A DNA stretch of 64,000 bases, from positions 32,001-96,000 of the forward strand of contig JBBRLQ010000002.1 in NCBI GenBank assembly GCA_038231275.1, in the 5' to 3' direction. The position numbers and the translations under genes are program-made. The notes below the pieces were generated by a model, which saw only the letters and a program-made list of their open reading frames with translations, did no database searches and was not told where the DNA came from. This DNA comes from Polyangiales bacterium. GTDB lineage: Bacteria; Myxococcota_A; Polyangia; Polyangiales; Polyangiaceae. Positions 30,086 to 40,492 of this stretch are shown one piece after another (position 1 is the stretch's first letter; each line of letters begins with the position of its first letter).

Positions 30086-30239
30086 AAGCCGGCCTGACAC
30101 CCGGCCCGACAGGCGGCCCGACAGCCCCCCTAACAAAAGTGCACATTTTGGGTGCATCGTTCCCAAATAGGCGTTTACTATCGGCTTCATGCGGGCGCAC
30201 TAGGGGTGCGCGCGCACCTGAGGGAGGCGGCGGGCGCTC

Positions 30240-30641
30240 ATGACCAAGGCAGAGATCGTCCAGGCGCTCTACACGCGTGTAGGGGGCTTCTCGAAGAAGG
30301 AGTCCGCGGACATCGTCGATCTCGTCTTCGAGATGATGAAAGAGACGCTCGGACGCGGCGAGAAGATCAAGATCAGCGGGTTCGGCAACTTCGTCCTGCG
30401 GGACAAGCGCCAGCGCCCGGGACGGAACCCGCAGACGGGCGATCCGATCAAGATCAGCGAGCGCCGCGTGCTCACCTTCAAGGCGAGTCAGATCCTGAAG
30501 CAGGCGCTCAATCCGCGAAACGGCCAAGCTGCCGCGGGCGCCACGGCAACCCCGAACGGACAGCAGGCGGCGGCACCGGCCGCAGCCGCCGGCTCGCCCG
30601 GCGCGCCGGCCGGCGATCCTCTCACCGGCGTCAAAGAGTAG
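30240..30641 (+). CDS. ihfA: Integration host factor alpha subunit with Ala-rich tail
   Basis: MTKAEI, KISGFGNF, GRNPQTG, RRVLTF; followed by a MerR gene as is usual for ihfA. Confidence 0.92.
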   Translation: MTKAEIVQALYTRVGGFSKKESADIVDLVFEMMKETLGRGEKIKISGFGNFVLRDKRQRPGRNPQTGDPIKISERRVLTFKASQILKQALNPRNGQAAAGATATPNGQQAAAPAAAAGSPGAPAGDPLTGVKE

Positions 30642-30653
30642 TCCTCCGGCGCG

Positions 30654-31151
30654 ATGACCTCGTCGGGTGGATCAGGGCGCGGAAGTCTCCCGCCCAAGCT
30701 GTATTTTCGGATCGGTGAGGTCGCGGGCCTCGTCGGCGTGGAGCCTCACGTCCTCAGGTACTGGGAGCGGGAGTTTCGGAGCATCCGCCCCACGAAGAGC
30801 GCGAAGGGGCAGCGCGTCTATTCGCGCCGCGACGTCGAGAACCTGCTGCGCGTCCGCGATCTCCTCTATTCGGAGGGGTTCACGATCGCCGGTGCCAAGA
30901 AGCGCCTGCTCCGCTCGGGAGTGGAGCCGAGCGCGCAGGGATCCGCCGCCGGCGCGTCGGTGCAAACGAGCGCGGCTCCCAGCGCGGTGACGAGCATGAC
31001 GAGCGCGCCGAGCCCGACGTCGACCACCGCCACCAAGCCCAGCACCGCTCCGGCGTCGGGGCCGGTGGGGCCAGGCGACGGGCGCGTGCACGAGAAGCTG
31101 AGCGCGCTGCGCTCCGAGGTCGAGGCGTTCCTGAAGGAGCTCGGCGGCTGA
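30654..31151 (+). CDS. MerR-family HTH regulator
   Basis: [32 protein letters not shown]. Confidence 0.93.
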   Translation: MTSSGGSGRGSLPPKLYFRIGEVAGLVGVEPHVLRYWEREFRSIRPTKSAKGQRVYSRRDVENLLRVRDLLYSEGFTIAGAKKRLLRSGVEPSAQGSAAGASVQTSAAPSAVTSMTSAPSPTSTTATKPSTAPASGPVGPGDGRVHEKLSALRSEVEAFLKELGG

Positions 31152-31783
31152 CCGAGGCGGGCGGAGCTGCAGGAGCCGCCGGATCCGCGCCGGGCCCCGA
31201 CTTCATCACCGAGGGGGCGATCGCGCCGCCCGACATTTCAGCGTCGCCTCGGCTCTCGATCCCGATCTGGTCGTCGTGGCGCACGAAGGACGGCGACGCC
31301 GCGTTCGTAGTCGCATGCTTCGACACGAAGACGGGCGGTTGGTCGCCCGACGCCGACGAGCTCGCGATGGACAAGCTGGCGGAGACGATCGCCGGCACGT
31401 CGACGCGCGCGATCGGCGCCGGCGATCTGGCCGTGAAGTCGACTGCCCGAGAGGCGGCGACCATCGCGCGAACGTACGAGGGGCGGTCGGGCGCGGCGCG
31501 GTCCGAGCAGGGGTTCGTCGCGGCGGGCGACCCTACGCTCGCGTCGTGCTTTGTCTTGTGCGCGGACAAGAGAGGTCCGCCGCGCTGCGCGAACCAGGTT
31601 GCGACGACGACGACTTCGCGCTCCTTCGTGCCGGCGCCCACGCCCGGCGCCGCGCTCCGCGCGCTCTCGTTCTTGGTCCATCACCCGACCGAGACCGCGT
31701 GGGGAGGCGCCGCGCTCCTCACCACCCTCGCCGCGCTCGCGATCGCGACACGCAAGCGCCCGAAACGCCGACGCTTAAGGTGA
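31148..31783 (+). CDS. Hypothetical membrane protein (probable CTG start; first ATG is at 31367)
   Basis: Frame open from 31148; AAGGAG 8 nt upstream; C-terminal TM and basic tail. Confidence 0.55.
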   Translation: MTEAGGAAGAAGSAPGPDFITEGAIAPPDISASPRLSIPIWSSWRTKDGDAAFVVACFDTKTGGWSPDADELAMDKLAETIAGTSTRAIGAGDLAVKSTAREAATIARTYEGRSGAARSEQGFVAAGDPTLASCFVLCADKRGPPRCANQVATTTTSRSFVPAPTPGAALRALSFLVHHPTETAWGGAALLTTLAALAIATRKRPKRRRLR

Positions 31784-31831
31784 ATCGAGCGCTTCCCTTT
31801 CCCCCCATCATCCGTGTTACAAGAGCGCCCG

Positions 31832-33949
31832 ATGCTTTCGCGTTCACGACGCCCTGCACTTCGACTTGGACTTGGGCTCGGTCTCGTCGCCGCCGCGATC
31901 GCGTGGGCGCCGCGTGCATCCGCGCAGCAACCTGCGGATCCGAACGCGCAGCCCTCGTCGCAGCCTTCGCCGCAGCCTTCGCCGCAGCCGCAGCCCCCGC
32001 CGCAGCCCCCCTCCGTGCAACCGGCCGCTCCGGCGCCGGGTCCCGCGCCCGCGACGCGCGAGCCGCTCATGCCCGCGCCCCAACCGTCCACCGGCGTCGC
32101 GGGCGGCGCCGGCGGTGGCCCCGGGGTCGTCGCCGATCCGGCGGCCGACAGCAAATCGCTCGCGACCCAAGGCGCGCGTCGCCCTTCGCTCGGCAGCGCC
32201 GGCGAAGTCGGCGCGCACCCGAGCGACGTGTACAGCGAAGACTGGTGGGGCCACACGCGCCCGATCCTCGAGCTGCACGGCTACTTCCGCACGCGCGCCG
32301 AGCTCTTTCACAACTTCGCGCTCGGCCGACACAACGCTCCGGGCGACATCCAGCAGCTCTGGGCGCAGCCCCTCGATCAGTCGTACTCGGACTCGAGCGG
32401 CACCATCCGCAACGTGAATCTGTGCGGTCCGTCAAACGCCGTCCAGCTCCAGCCCTGCTACGACAAGACCCAGTCGGGCGCGAACGTGCGCTTCCGGATC
32501 AACCCGGAGCTGCACATCTCCGACAACCTGCGGATCATGTCGCAGATCGACGCGCTCGATAACCTCGTGCTCGGCTCGACCGGCGACTCGTACACGATCA
32601 AGCCCGGCAACAGCGGCAACATCAAGGCGGCCGGCAACGGCTACGGACCCGGGGGGTACAGCGGCTACGCGCCGCTCGGTGTATTCACGACGACGCAAGG
32701 TCCACCCACCGCCGGCGTGAACAGCTACAGGAACTCGATCGACGTGAAGCGCGTCTGGGCCGAATACATGACGCCCGTAGGCCAGGTCCGCTTCGGCCGC
32801 ATGCCCAGCCACTGGGGTCTCGGCATGCTCGCCAACTCCGGCGACGGCCTCGACAGCGATTACCAGACGACGACCGACCGCATCATGTTCGTCACCGGCC
32901 TCAAGTCGCTCGACTTGTACTTCGGCGGCGCGTGGGACTTCATCTCGACGGGCCCGACGAGCGCGTCGGCGTTCGACGTCTACGGCGGCCAGCCCTACAA
33001 CACCGCGAACCTCACGAACGCGAACGAGTGGGTCGCCTTCGCGGCGCGCCGCACGAACCCCGACATGCAGCGCCTCGCCCTCTCCCGCGGCGATCTCGTC
33101 GTCAACGGCGGCACGTACTGGGTCTACCGCTCGCAGCTCCTCGACGTGGCGGCGACGCAGACGCCCCTCACCTTCGCCGGCGACGACGGCGCGACGACCG
33201 ACCGCGGTCTCGAGCGGCGCAGCGCGTGGGCGATCATCCCGGACTTGTGGGTCCAGGTCCTCTGGCGCAAGCTCCGCATCGAGGCGGAGGCGGCGGTCAT
33301 CTACGGCGACGTGGAGCAGCTCCCCGGCCAGACCGATCGCGCGAGCCCCTACAAAATTCGCCAAATGGGCCTCACGACCCAGAGCGAGTACAAGGCGATC
33401 GAAGACAAGCTCCGCCTCGGCTTCGGCTTCGGCTGGGCGAGCGGCGACCCCTGGGTCAGCGGCCTCTCGCCCGGCAACTCCGGCCTTCAGCCCGAGCAGA
33501 ATGGCGGCCGCGGCCCGATCTCGACCTTCCACTTCCACCCCGACTACCGCGTCGACCTCATCTTCTTCCGCCACATCCTGTCGCGGGTCGAAGGTGCCTA
33601 CTACTTCCGCCCGAGCGTCGACTACGATTTCCTCCGCAACGCGAACGGCCAGAAGTTCGGCGGCGGCGCGGCGATCATCTGGAGCCGCGCGAGCGAGTTC
33701 ATCCAGACGCCCGGCCACAAGCGCGACCTCGGGGTCGAGCTCGATCTCAGCATCTACTACCAGGCGAAGGACGGCTCGCTGAACGACGACTCCGAGAAGA
33801 TCGGCGGCTTCTACACGATGCTGCAATACGGCGTGTTCTTCCCGCTCGGGGGCCTGTCGTACCTGCCCGGGGAGCAGACGAACCTCCTCCCTAACTGGGA
33901 CACGTCCACCGCTCAAACACTGCGCCTCTTCCTAGGCGTCGTATACTGA
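31832..33949 (+). CDS. TIGR04551-like myxobacterial outer-membrane beta-barrel protein
   Basis: Signal peptide (ASA), Pro/Gln linker, ELHGYFRTRAE, RFRINPE..QIDALDN, GRMPSHWGLG, FHPDY.VDLI, terminal aromatic residue. Alternative start 31814. Confidence 0.8.
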   Translation: MLSRSRRPALRLGLGLGLVAAAIAWAPRASAQQPADPNAQPSSQPSPQPSPQPQPPPQPPSVQPAAPAPGPAPATREPLMPAPQPSTGVAGGAGGGPGVVADPAADSKSLATQGARRPSLGSAGEVGAHPSDVYSEDWWGHTRPILELHGYFRTRAELFHNFALGRHNAPGDIQQLWAQPLDQSYSDSSGTIRNVNLCGPSNAVQLQPCYDKTQSGANVRFRINPELHISDNLRIMSQIDALDNLVLGSTGDSYTIKPGNSGNIKAAGNGYGPGGYSGYAPLGVFTTTQGPPTAGVNSYRNSIDVKRVWAEYMTPVGQVRFGRMPSHWGLGMLANSGDGLDSDYQTTTDRIMFVTGLKSLDLYFGGAWDFISTGPTSASAFDVYGGQPYNTANLTNANEWVAFAARRTNPDMQRLALSRGDLVVNGGTYWVYRSQLLDVAATQTPLTFAGDDGATTDRGLERRSAWAIIPDLWVQVLWRKLRIEAEAAVIYGDVEQLPGQTDRASPYKIRQMGLTTQSEYKAIEDKLRLGFGFGWASGDPWVSGLSPGNSGLQPEQNGGRGPISTFHFHPDYRVDLIFFRHILSRVEGAYYFRPSVDYDFLRNANGQKFGGGAAIIWSRASEFIQTPGHKRDLGVELDLSIYYQAKDGSLNDDSEKIGGFYTMLQYGVFFPLGGLSYLPGEQTNLLPNWDTSTAQTLRLFLGVVY

Positions 33950-33955
33950 ACGGCG

Positions 33956-34465
33956 ATGCGGCGCGCCCTCGCAGGTTTGGTGGTCACGAGTCTGTTCGGC
34001 GTCGGCGCTGCGTGCAGTGCTACCGGCGGCGCGCAGGGCGGTGACGATCGCTTCGACGCTGGACCCGCGCCCATCCCTCAGGTGTCGACCGCCAGCGGAT
34101 GCGGCGCCGCTGGCGGCCCCGACGGCGGAATCACGTGGACGGATCTGTACCGCGACTTCTTCGGCAACCTCAGCGCCGGCGGACCAGGCTGCAAGGGAAC
34201 CGGCTCTTGCCACGCCTCGGCCGATCAAGGCGGCGGCGGCACGTGGGTGTGCGGAGCTACACAGCAAAGCTGCTGGGAAGGAATGACCGGCGCGAGCCCG
34301 CCGATCATCGACAAGGCAGACCCGGCCAGCAGCGTGCTCATCTCGGTCGCGCTGCGCAGCAAGCAGGGCGGGAACATGCCCCTCTCGCCTGCGAGCTGCG
34401 TTTTCACCGCCGACTCCCTCAAGCGGATCCAGGACTGGATGGCGGCGGGAGCACAGAACAACTAG
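33956..34465 (+). CDS. Cytochrome c-like lipoprotein with CX5CH motif
   Basis: Lipobox GAAC; CKGTGSCH; P..S.L..MP..I..W..GA pattern of planctomycete-type cytochrome c domains. Confidence 0.6.
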   Translation: MRRALAGLVVTSLFGVGAACSATGGAQGGDDRFDAGPAPIPQVSTASGCGAAGGPDGGITWTDLYRDFFGNLSAGGPGCKGTGSCHASADQGGGGTWVCGATQQSCWEGMTGASPPIIDKADPASSVLISVALRSKQGGNMPLSPASCVFTADSLKRIQDWMAAGAQNN

Positions 34466-34474
34466 GTTCCCCCC

Positions 34475-35836
<1,362 letters not shown>

Positions 35837-35884
35837 CTTCGCGCTCACGCGCCGCAGGCTTCCACCACGGACGCCCAACGGCGC

Positions 35885-35918
35885 GTTCATCTCTGAACAC
35901 CGGTCCTTCAAATCTGCA
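35885..35918 (+). promoter_or_regulatory. Tandem palindromic enhancer (EBP) sites
   Basis: GTTCA-tctc-TGAAC (35885-35898) and TTCA-aatc-TGCA (35907-35918), 21 bp apart. Confidence 0.55.
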
Positions 35919-35996
35919 ATGGAAGGGTGGCCAACCGCATGACCGCACGCGCCCCCAACTAGCCGGGATCGTGGGGTTGTGGCTCATGGGTGGAAG

Positions 35997-36013
35997 TCGG
36001 CCCGACCTTTGCT
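35997..36013 (+). promoter_or_regulatory. Candidate sigma54 promoter
   Basis: TCGGCCCGACCTTTGCT: GG(35999-36000)-N10-GC(36011-36012) with TTGCT. Confidence 0.55.
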
Positions 36014-36051
36014 CTCGGGGCTTCGGGTATTGGGGGGTAGCGGAGGCAGTT

Positions 36052-36465
36052 TTGGCACGCGTCCTCGTTGTGGATGACGAAGAGAATCAGATTCGGGTCC
36101 TGTCGATGGGGCTCTCGATCGAAGGCTTCGACGTGGCGACCGCCAAGTCCGCCGAGGAGGCGATGGCCGCGCTCGAAAAGCACGACGACATCCTCCTCGG
36201 GCTGTTCGATCTCATGATGCCCGGGATGAACGGGCTCGAGCTCGCGCGGCTCGTCCGCACGCGTCACCCTCACGTCCGCGTGGTGCTGACGAGCGCGTAC
36301 CACCTCTCCGAGCGCCAGCTCGAACGCGCCGACTGCGGCGTCGTCGGCTTCGTTCCCAAGCCGTACGAGCTCGGCGAGCTCGCGTCGTTCCTCCGCGCGA
36401 AGCTCGCGCCGCCGAGCTCGCGGACGACGCTTATCGGCGCCCCCGCGCGCGAGCACCTGGCCTAA
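36052..36465 (+). CDS. Single-domain response regulator
   Basis: TTG start after GGAGG; VLVVDDE, DLMMPGMNG, LTSA, PKP. Confidence 0.9.
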   Translation: MARVLVVDDEENQIRVLSMGLSIEGFDVATAKSAEEAMAALEKHDDILLGLFDLMMPGMNGLELARLVRTRHPHVRVVLTSAYHLSERQLERADCGVVGFVPKPYELGELASFLRAKLAPPSSRTTLIGAPAREHLA

Positions 36466-36519
36466 GCCGACACACCACTTTCGCCGCTCGGGCAAAACGA
36501 TCCTGCTATAGCCGCTCGG

Positions 36520-37593
36520 GTGAAGGTCGAACTCTTCGACTACGAGCTGCCGCCCGAGCGCATCGCGCAAGAGCCCGCGAAGGAGCGCGAAGGAGCGCGC
36601 CTCATGGTGCTCCCGGCGGGCGGCGGTGCGCCGCAACACACGACCGTCGCGGCATTGCCCGAGCTCGTGCCTCCGCGGGCGCTCGTCGTCCTCAACGACA
36701 CGCGCGTCGTGCCGGCGCGCCTCCTCGGCGTGAAGGCGGAGACGGGCGGCAAGGTCGAGATCTTCCTCGTCCAGAAGATGGGCGCGCGCGAGATCGACGG
36801 GCGCACGCTCGACGTGTGGCGCGCGCTCGGCAAATCAAGCAAGGGGCTGAAGTTCGGGACGCGCGTGATCGTGGGCCCGCTCGTCATTCTGCTGCTCGGT
36901 CGCGCGGAAGACGACGGCCTCCTCGAGGTGGGGCTCGAGACGACCGACGGGACGCCGGTCGACGACGCGATCAGAGTCACAGGTCACGTGCCGCTCCCGC
37001 CGTACATCAAGCGCGACGATGAGGGCGTCGATCGCGAGCGCTACCAGACCGTCTTCGCGCGCGTCGATGGCGCGATCGCCGCGCCGACCGCCGGACTCCA
37101 CCTCACGCGCGCGATGCTGGGGCGCTTCGCTGTGCGGGGCGCCGAGGTCGCGTCGGTGACCCTCCACGTCGGGCTCGGGACGTTTCAGCCGGTGACCGTC
37201 CCGGACTTCGACCAGCACCCGATGCACGAGGAGCGGTTCGAGGTCTCGAAGACCGCGCAGACGGCCGTCGCCAGCGCCCGTGATCGCGGCGCGAGCGTCG
37301 TCGCGGTGGGCACGACGGTCGTACGAACGCTCGAGAGCAACGCCGATCCCGCGCGCGATGGCCTCGTCGTGGCCGGCAGCGGAGCGACGCGCCTCCTCAT
37401 TCAACCGGGGTACGCCTTTCGCGTCGTCGACGTGCTCGTCACCAACTTCCACCTCCCGAAGTCGACGTTGCTCGCCCTGGTGTGCGCGTTCGGCGGGACC
37501 GAGCGCGTGCTCGACGCGTACCGCGCGGCGGTGAGGGAGCAGTACCGGTTCTTCTCCTACGGCGACGCGATGCTCCTGTGGAGGACGCGATGA
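36520..37593 (+). CDS. queA: SAM:tRNA ribosyltransferase-isomerase
   Basis: FDYELP..IAQ, NDTRV, PLPPYI, AAPTAGLH, TNFHLP, FSYGDAM. Confidence 0.97.
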   Translation: MKVELFDYELPPERIAQEPAKEREGARLMVLPAGGGAPQHTTVAALPELVPPRALVVLNDTRVVPARLLGVKAETGGKVEIFLVQKMGAREIDGRTLDVWRALGKSSKGLKFGTRVIVGPLVILLLGRAEDDGLLEVGLETTDGTPVDDAIRVTGHVPLPPYIKRDDEGVDRERYQTVFARVDGAIAAPTAGLHLTRAMLGRFAVRGAEVASVTLHVGLGTFQPVTVPDFDQHPMHEERFEVSKTAQTAVASARDRGASVVAVGTTVVRTLESNADPARDGLVVAGSGATRLLIQPGYAFRVVDVLVTNFHLPKSTLLALVCAFGGTERVLDAYRAAVREQYRFFSYGDAMLLWRTR

Positions 37594-38741
37594 AGCCGCG
37601 CGCGCACGGCTTCGTGTTTCGCGAGGAGGCGAAGGACGGCCATGCGCGCGCGAGCCTGCTCACGACGCCGCACGGGGACGTCGAGCTCCCAACGTTCATG
37701 CCGGTGGGGACGCAGGGCAGCGTGAAGACGCTGACGCCGGGCGAGGTCGCGAGCACCGGCGCACGGATCGTCCTCGGCAACACGTACCACCTGATGCTGC
37801 GACCCGGGGGCGACGCGATCGCCGCGCACGGCGGCCTTCACGAATTCACGCGCTGGCCGCACGCGATGCTCACGGACTCGGGGGGCTTCCAGGCGTTCTC
37901 GCTCACCGAGAAGGTGAAGGCGACCGAGGACGGCTTCACCTTCCAGTCGCACCTCGACGGCACCAAGTACCACCTCTCACCGGAGGAGGCGGTGCGCGTG
38001 CAGGGGCTCATCGGCGCCGACATCCAGATGCAGCTCGACGTGTGCCCGCCCGGCCAATCGGAGCGCGCGGCCGTAGAGCGCGCGATCGCCACGACCACCC
38101 GCTGGGCGAAGCGCGCCCTCGCCGCGCCGCGCCCCGAAGGGCAGGCGCTCTTCGGAATCGTGCAGGGTGCATGCTTTCCCGATCTTCGCCGCGCGCACGC
38201 CGAGGAGCTCGCGGCGCTCGAGCCCGGTTTCGACGGCCTCGCGCTCGGCGGCTTCTCGGTCGGCGAGCCCATCGAGAAGATGCACGAGACGCTCGCAGAG
38301 GTCGCGCACCTCCTCGATCCGGAGCGCCCGCGCTACCTGATGGGCGTCGGCACGCCGTACGATCTATGGTGCGCGATCGGCGAGGGCGTCGACATGTTCG
38401 ACTGCGTGCTGCCGACGCGCAACGCGCGCAACGGCCAGGCGCTGACCCGCCACGGCAGGATCGTCATCAAGCAAGCGCGCTACAAAGACGACCGCGCGCC
38501 GATCGACGCCTCCTGCGACTGCGCATGTTGCGCAGGCGGGTACTCCCGCGCGTACCTCCGCCACCTCTTCCTCGCCGGCGAGATCCTCGTTCTTCGCCTC
38601 TTTTCGCTCCACAACCTCCACTACTACGGTCAAATCGTCCGAGAGGCCCGGGAGGCGATCCGAGCCGGGAATTTCGCGGAAACCAAGCGCCGCGCGCTTC
38701 AAGATTTGTCCTCGGCGATGCCTGCGCGTACCCTTGACTGA
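37590..38741 (+). CDS. tgt: tRNA-guanine transglycosylase
   Basis: FMPVGT, NTYHL, TDSGGFQ, GIVQG, YLMGVG, DCVLPTR, CxCxxC zinc site, HN. Confidence 0.97.
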   Translation: MKPRAHGFVFREEAKDGHARASLLTTPHGDVELPTFMPVGTQGSVKTLTPGEVASTGARIVLGNTYHLMLRPGGDAIAAHGGLHEFTRWPHAMLTDSGGFQAFSLTEKVKATEDGFTFQSHLDGTKYHLSPEEAVRVQGLIGADIQMQLDVCPPGQSERAAVERAIATTTRWAKRALAAPRPEGQALFGIVQGACFPDLRRAHAEELAALEPGFDGLALGGFSVGEPIEKMHETLAEVAHLLDPERPRYLMGVGTPYDLWCAIGEGVDMFDCVLPTRNARNGQALTRHGRIVIKQARYKDDRAPIDASCDCACCAGGYSRAYLRHLFLAGEILVLRLFSLHNLHYYGQIVREAREAIRAGNFAETKRRALQDLSSAMPARTLD

Positions 38742-38751
38742 AGCCTCTGAC

Positions 38752-40335
38752 ATGACGGAGAAAAAGCAGCTCGGCAAGATTCTGCTCAAGCAGAAGCTGA
38801 TCTCGCAGGCGGACCTCGACGCCGCCCTGCGCGAGCAGAAGCGTGCGCCGCTCGACGGCGGGAGGCCGCTCGCGTCGCAGCTCACCCAGTCCGGCCTCGT
38901 CAGCGAAACCGACGCGCTGCGCGCCCTCTCCGAGCAGTTCGGGATGCCGGGGATCGATCTGAACCAGGTCGCCATCCTCCTCGAGCACCTCGACGTGGTG
39001 CCCCGCGAGGTCGCGAACGCCCAGCGCATGCTGCCGGTGCTCGTGCGCGACGATCGCATCTTCTTGGCGATGGCCAACCCGCTCGACAAGCGCACGATCG
39101 ACGAGCTCGAGTTCGTGACCGGTCGCAAGGTCTATCCGTACATCGCCATCACGCACACGCTCGAGAAGGCGACCGCCGCGGCGTACGACGCCAAAGAGAA
39201 GGGCGAGATCTACTTCCTCGGACCCAAGGTCCCGCTCGAGACGCTCCAGCAGCTCGGCCTCGAGCCGAACGCGAACGCGTCGCCCGCGAAGGACGCCGCC
39301 AAGCCGTCGGCGAGGGACGAGGGTCTCCCGATCACCTCGCCGCCGTCGAGTCAGCGCCCTACGCCGGTGCCGAGCATCCCTCCGCCGCCGCCGACCGGCG
39401 CCGCGCTCGTCAAAGAGGCGAGCGTCGAGCGCGCGGCGATCGAGTCGGAGCTGAGCGACGAAGAGTTCGGCAACATGGGCTCGGAGGTCTCCACGGTCGC
39501 GACGCTGCCCGACGAGCTGCGCGTCCCGGCAACGGCGAAGGGCGATGGGACGACCGGGGAAGGAAAGCTGATCCTGGTCGTCGACGACGAGGAGGACATC
39601 CGCAAGCTCCTTAAGCGCCTGCTCACCGATCGAGGCCACCGCGTGCTCGAGGCCGACCGCGGTCTGCTCGCGCTCCGCATGGTGAAGGAGCACACGCCGG
39701 ATCTCATCGTCCTAGACGCCATGCTGCCCGAGCTCCACGGCTTCGACATCGCGCGACGCATCAAGGGCAGCGAGAAGTACGGCGCGATCCCGATCGTGAT
39801 GATCAGCGCCGTCTACCGCGGCTGGCGCATCGCCGAGGACCTGAAGGCGAACTACGGCATCGAGGAGTACATCGAGAAGCCGTTCCGAATCGGCGACGTC
39901 GTCGCCATCGTCACCAAGCTCCTGACGCGCCACACGTCGCCGACGGTTCCTCCGCCCCGCGATCCCGACAACATCAACAGCGAAGCCGAGAGGGCGCTCG
40001 AAGAGGGCATCGCCGCGTTCCGCCGAGGAGAGATCGACGTCGCGATCGACCACCTGAAGCGCGGCACGAAGATCGATCCCCTCGCCTACCGCCTCCGCTA
40101 CCATCTGGCGCTCTTGTACGGGAAAAAGGGGCAGATCTACGACGGGGTGGGAGAGCTAGAACGCGCCGTCGAGCTGAACCCCAAGCATTTCCCGGCCCTG
40201 AAGAACTTGGCGGTCCTCTACGAAAAGGCGGGCTTCAAGAACAAGGCGATCGAAATGTGGGAGAGGTGTGTCCACAACGCGCCGGACCCCGAGACGAAGG
40301 CGCAGATCAAAGAGCACCTCGTCCAACTCTTGTAG
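38752..40335 (+). CDS. MshEN/T2SSE_N - receiver - TPR protein
   Basis: QLGKILL..LIS..L..AL..Q repeat, AMANP, REC domain (VVDDE, DAMLP, EKPF), C-terminal TPRs. Confidence 0.85.
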   Translation: MTEKKQLGKILLKQKLISQADLDAALREQKRAPLDGGRPLASQLTQSGLVSETDALRALSEQFGMPGIDLNQVAILLEHLDVVPREVANAQRMLPVLVRDDRIFLAMANPLDKRTIDELEFVTGRKVYPYIAITHTLEKATAAAYDAKEKGEIYFLGPKVPLETLQQLGLEPNANASPAKDAAKPSARDEGLPITSPPSSQRPTPVPSIPPPPPTGAALVKEASVERAAIESELSDEEFGNMGSEVSTVATLPDELRVPATAKGDGTTGEGKLILVVDDEEDIRKLLKRLLTDRGHRVLEADRGLLALRMVKEHTPDLIVLDAMLPELHGFDIARRIKGSEKYGAIPIVMISAVYRGWRIAEDLKANYGIEEYIEKPFRIGDVVAIVTKLLTRHTSPTVPPPRDPDNINSEAERALEEGIAAFRRGEIDVAIDHLKRGTKIDPLAYRLRYHLALLYGKKGQIYDGVGELERAVELNPKHFPALKNLAVLYEKAGFKNKAIEMWERCVHNAPDPETKAQIKEHLVQLL

Positions 40336-40492
40336 GGCGGGCATCGACCGTTCGCGGGTTGCACGTGCGCGACGATCAAAGAATTTCGTGTGTGGTGCGT
40401 CGAACGAAGGTCCGCCCGGTCCGCGGCCTTGCCAGGGTGCTTTGCCGCACCCGTCACGGCCGCTTGTCGGGTAGAGTGGAGGCCGAGGCCGC

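Noticed and set aside
31152-31366. tRNA-Pro, which often follows ihfA-merR
   Set aside because: No cloverleaf or T-loop motif; the region reads as coding.
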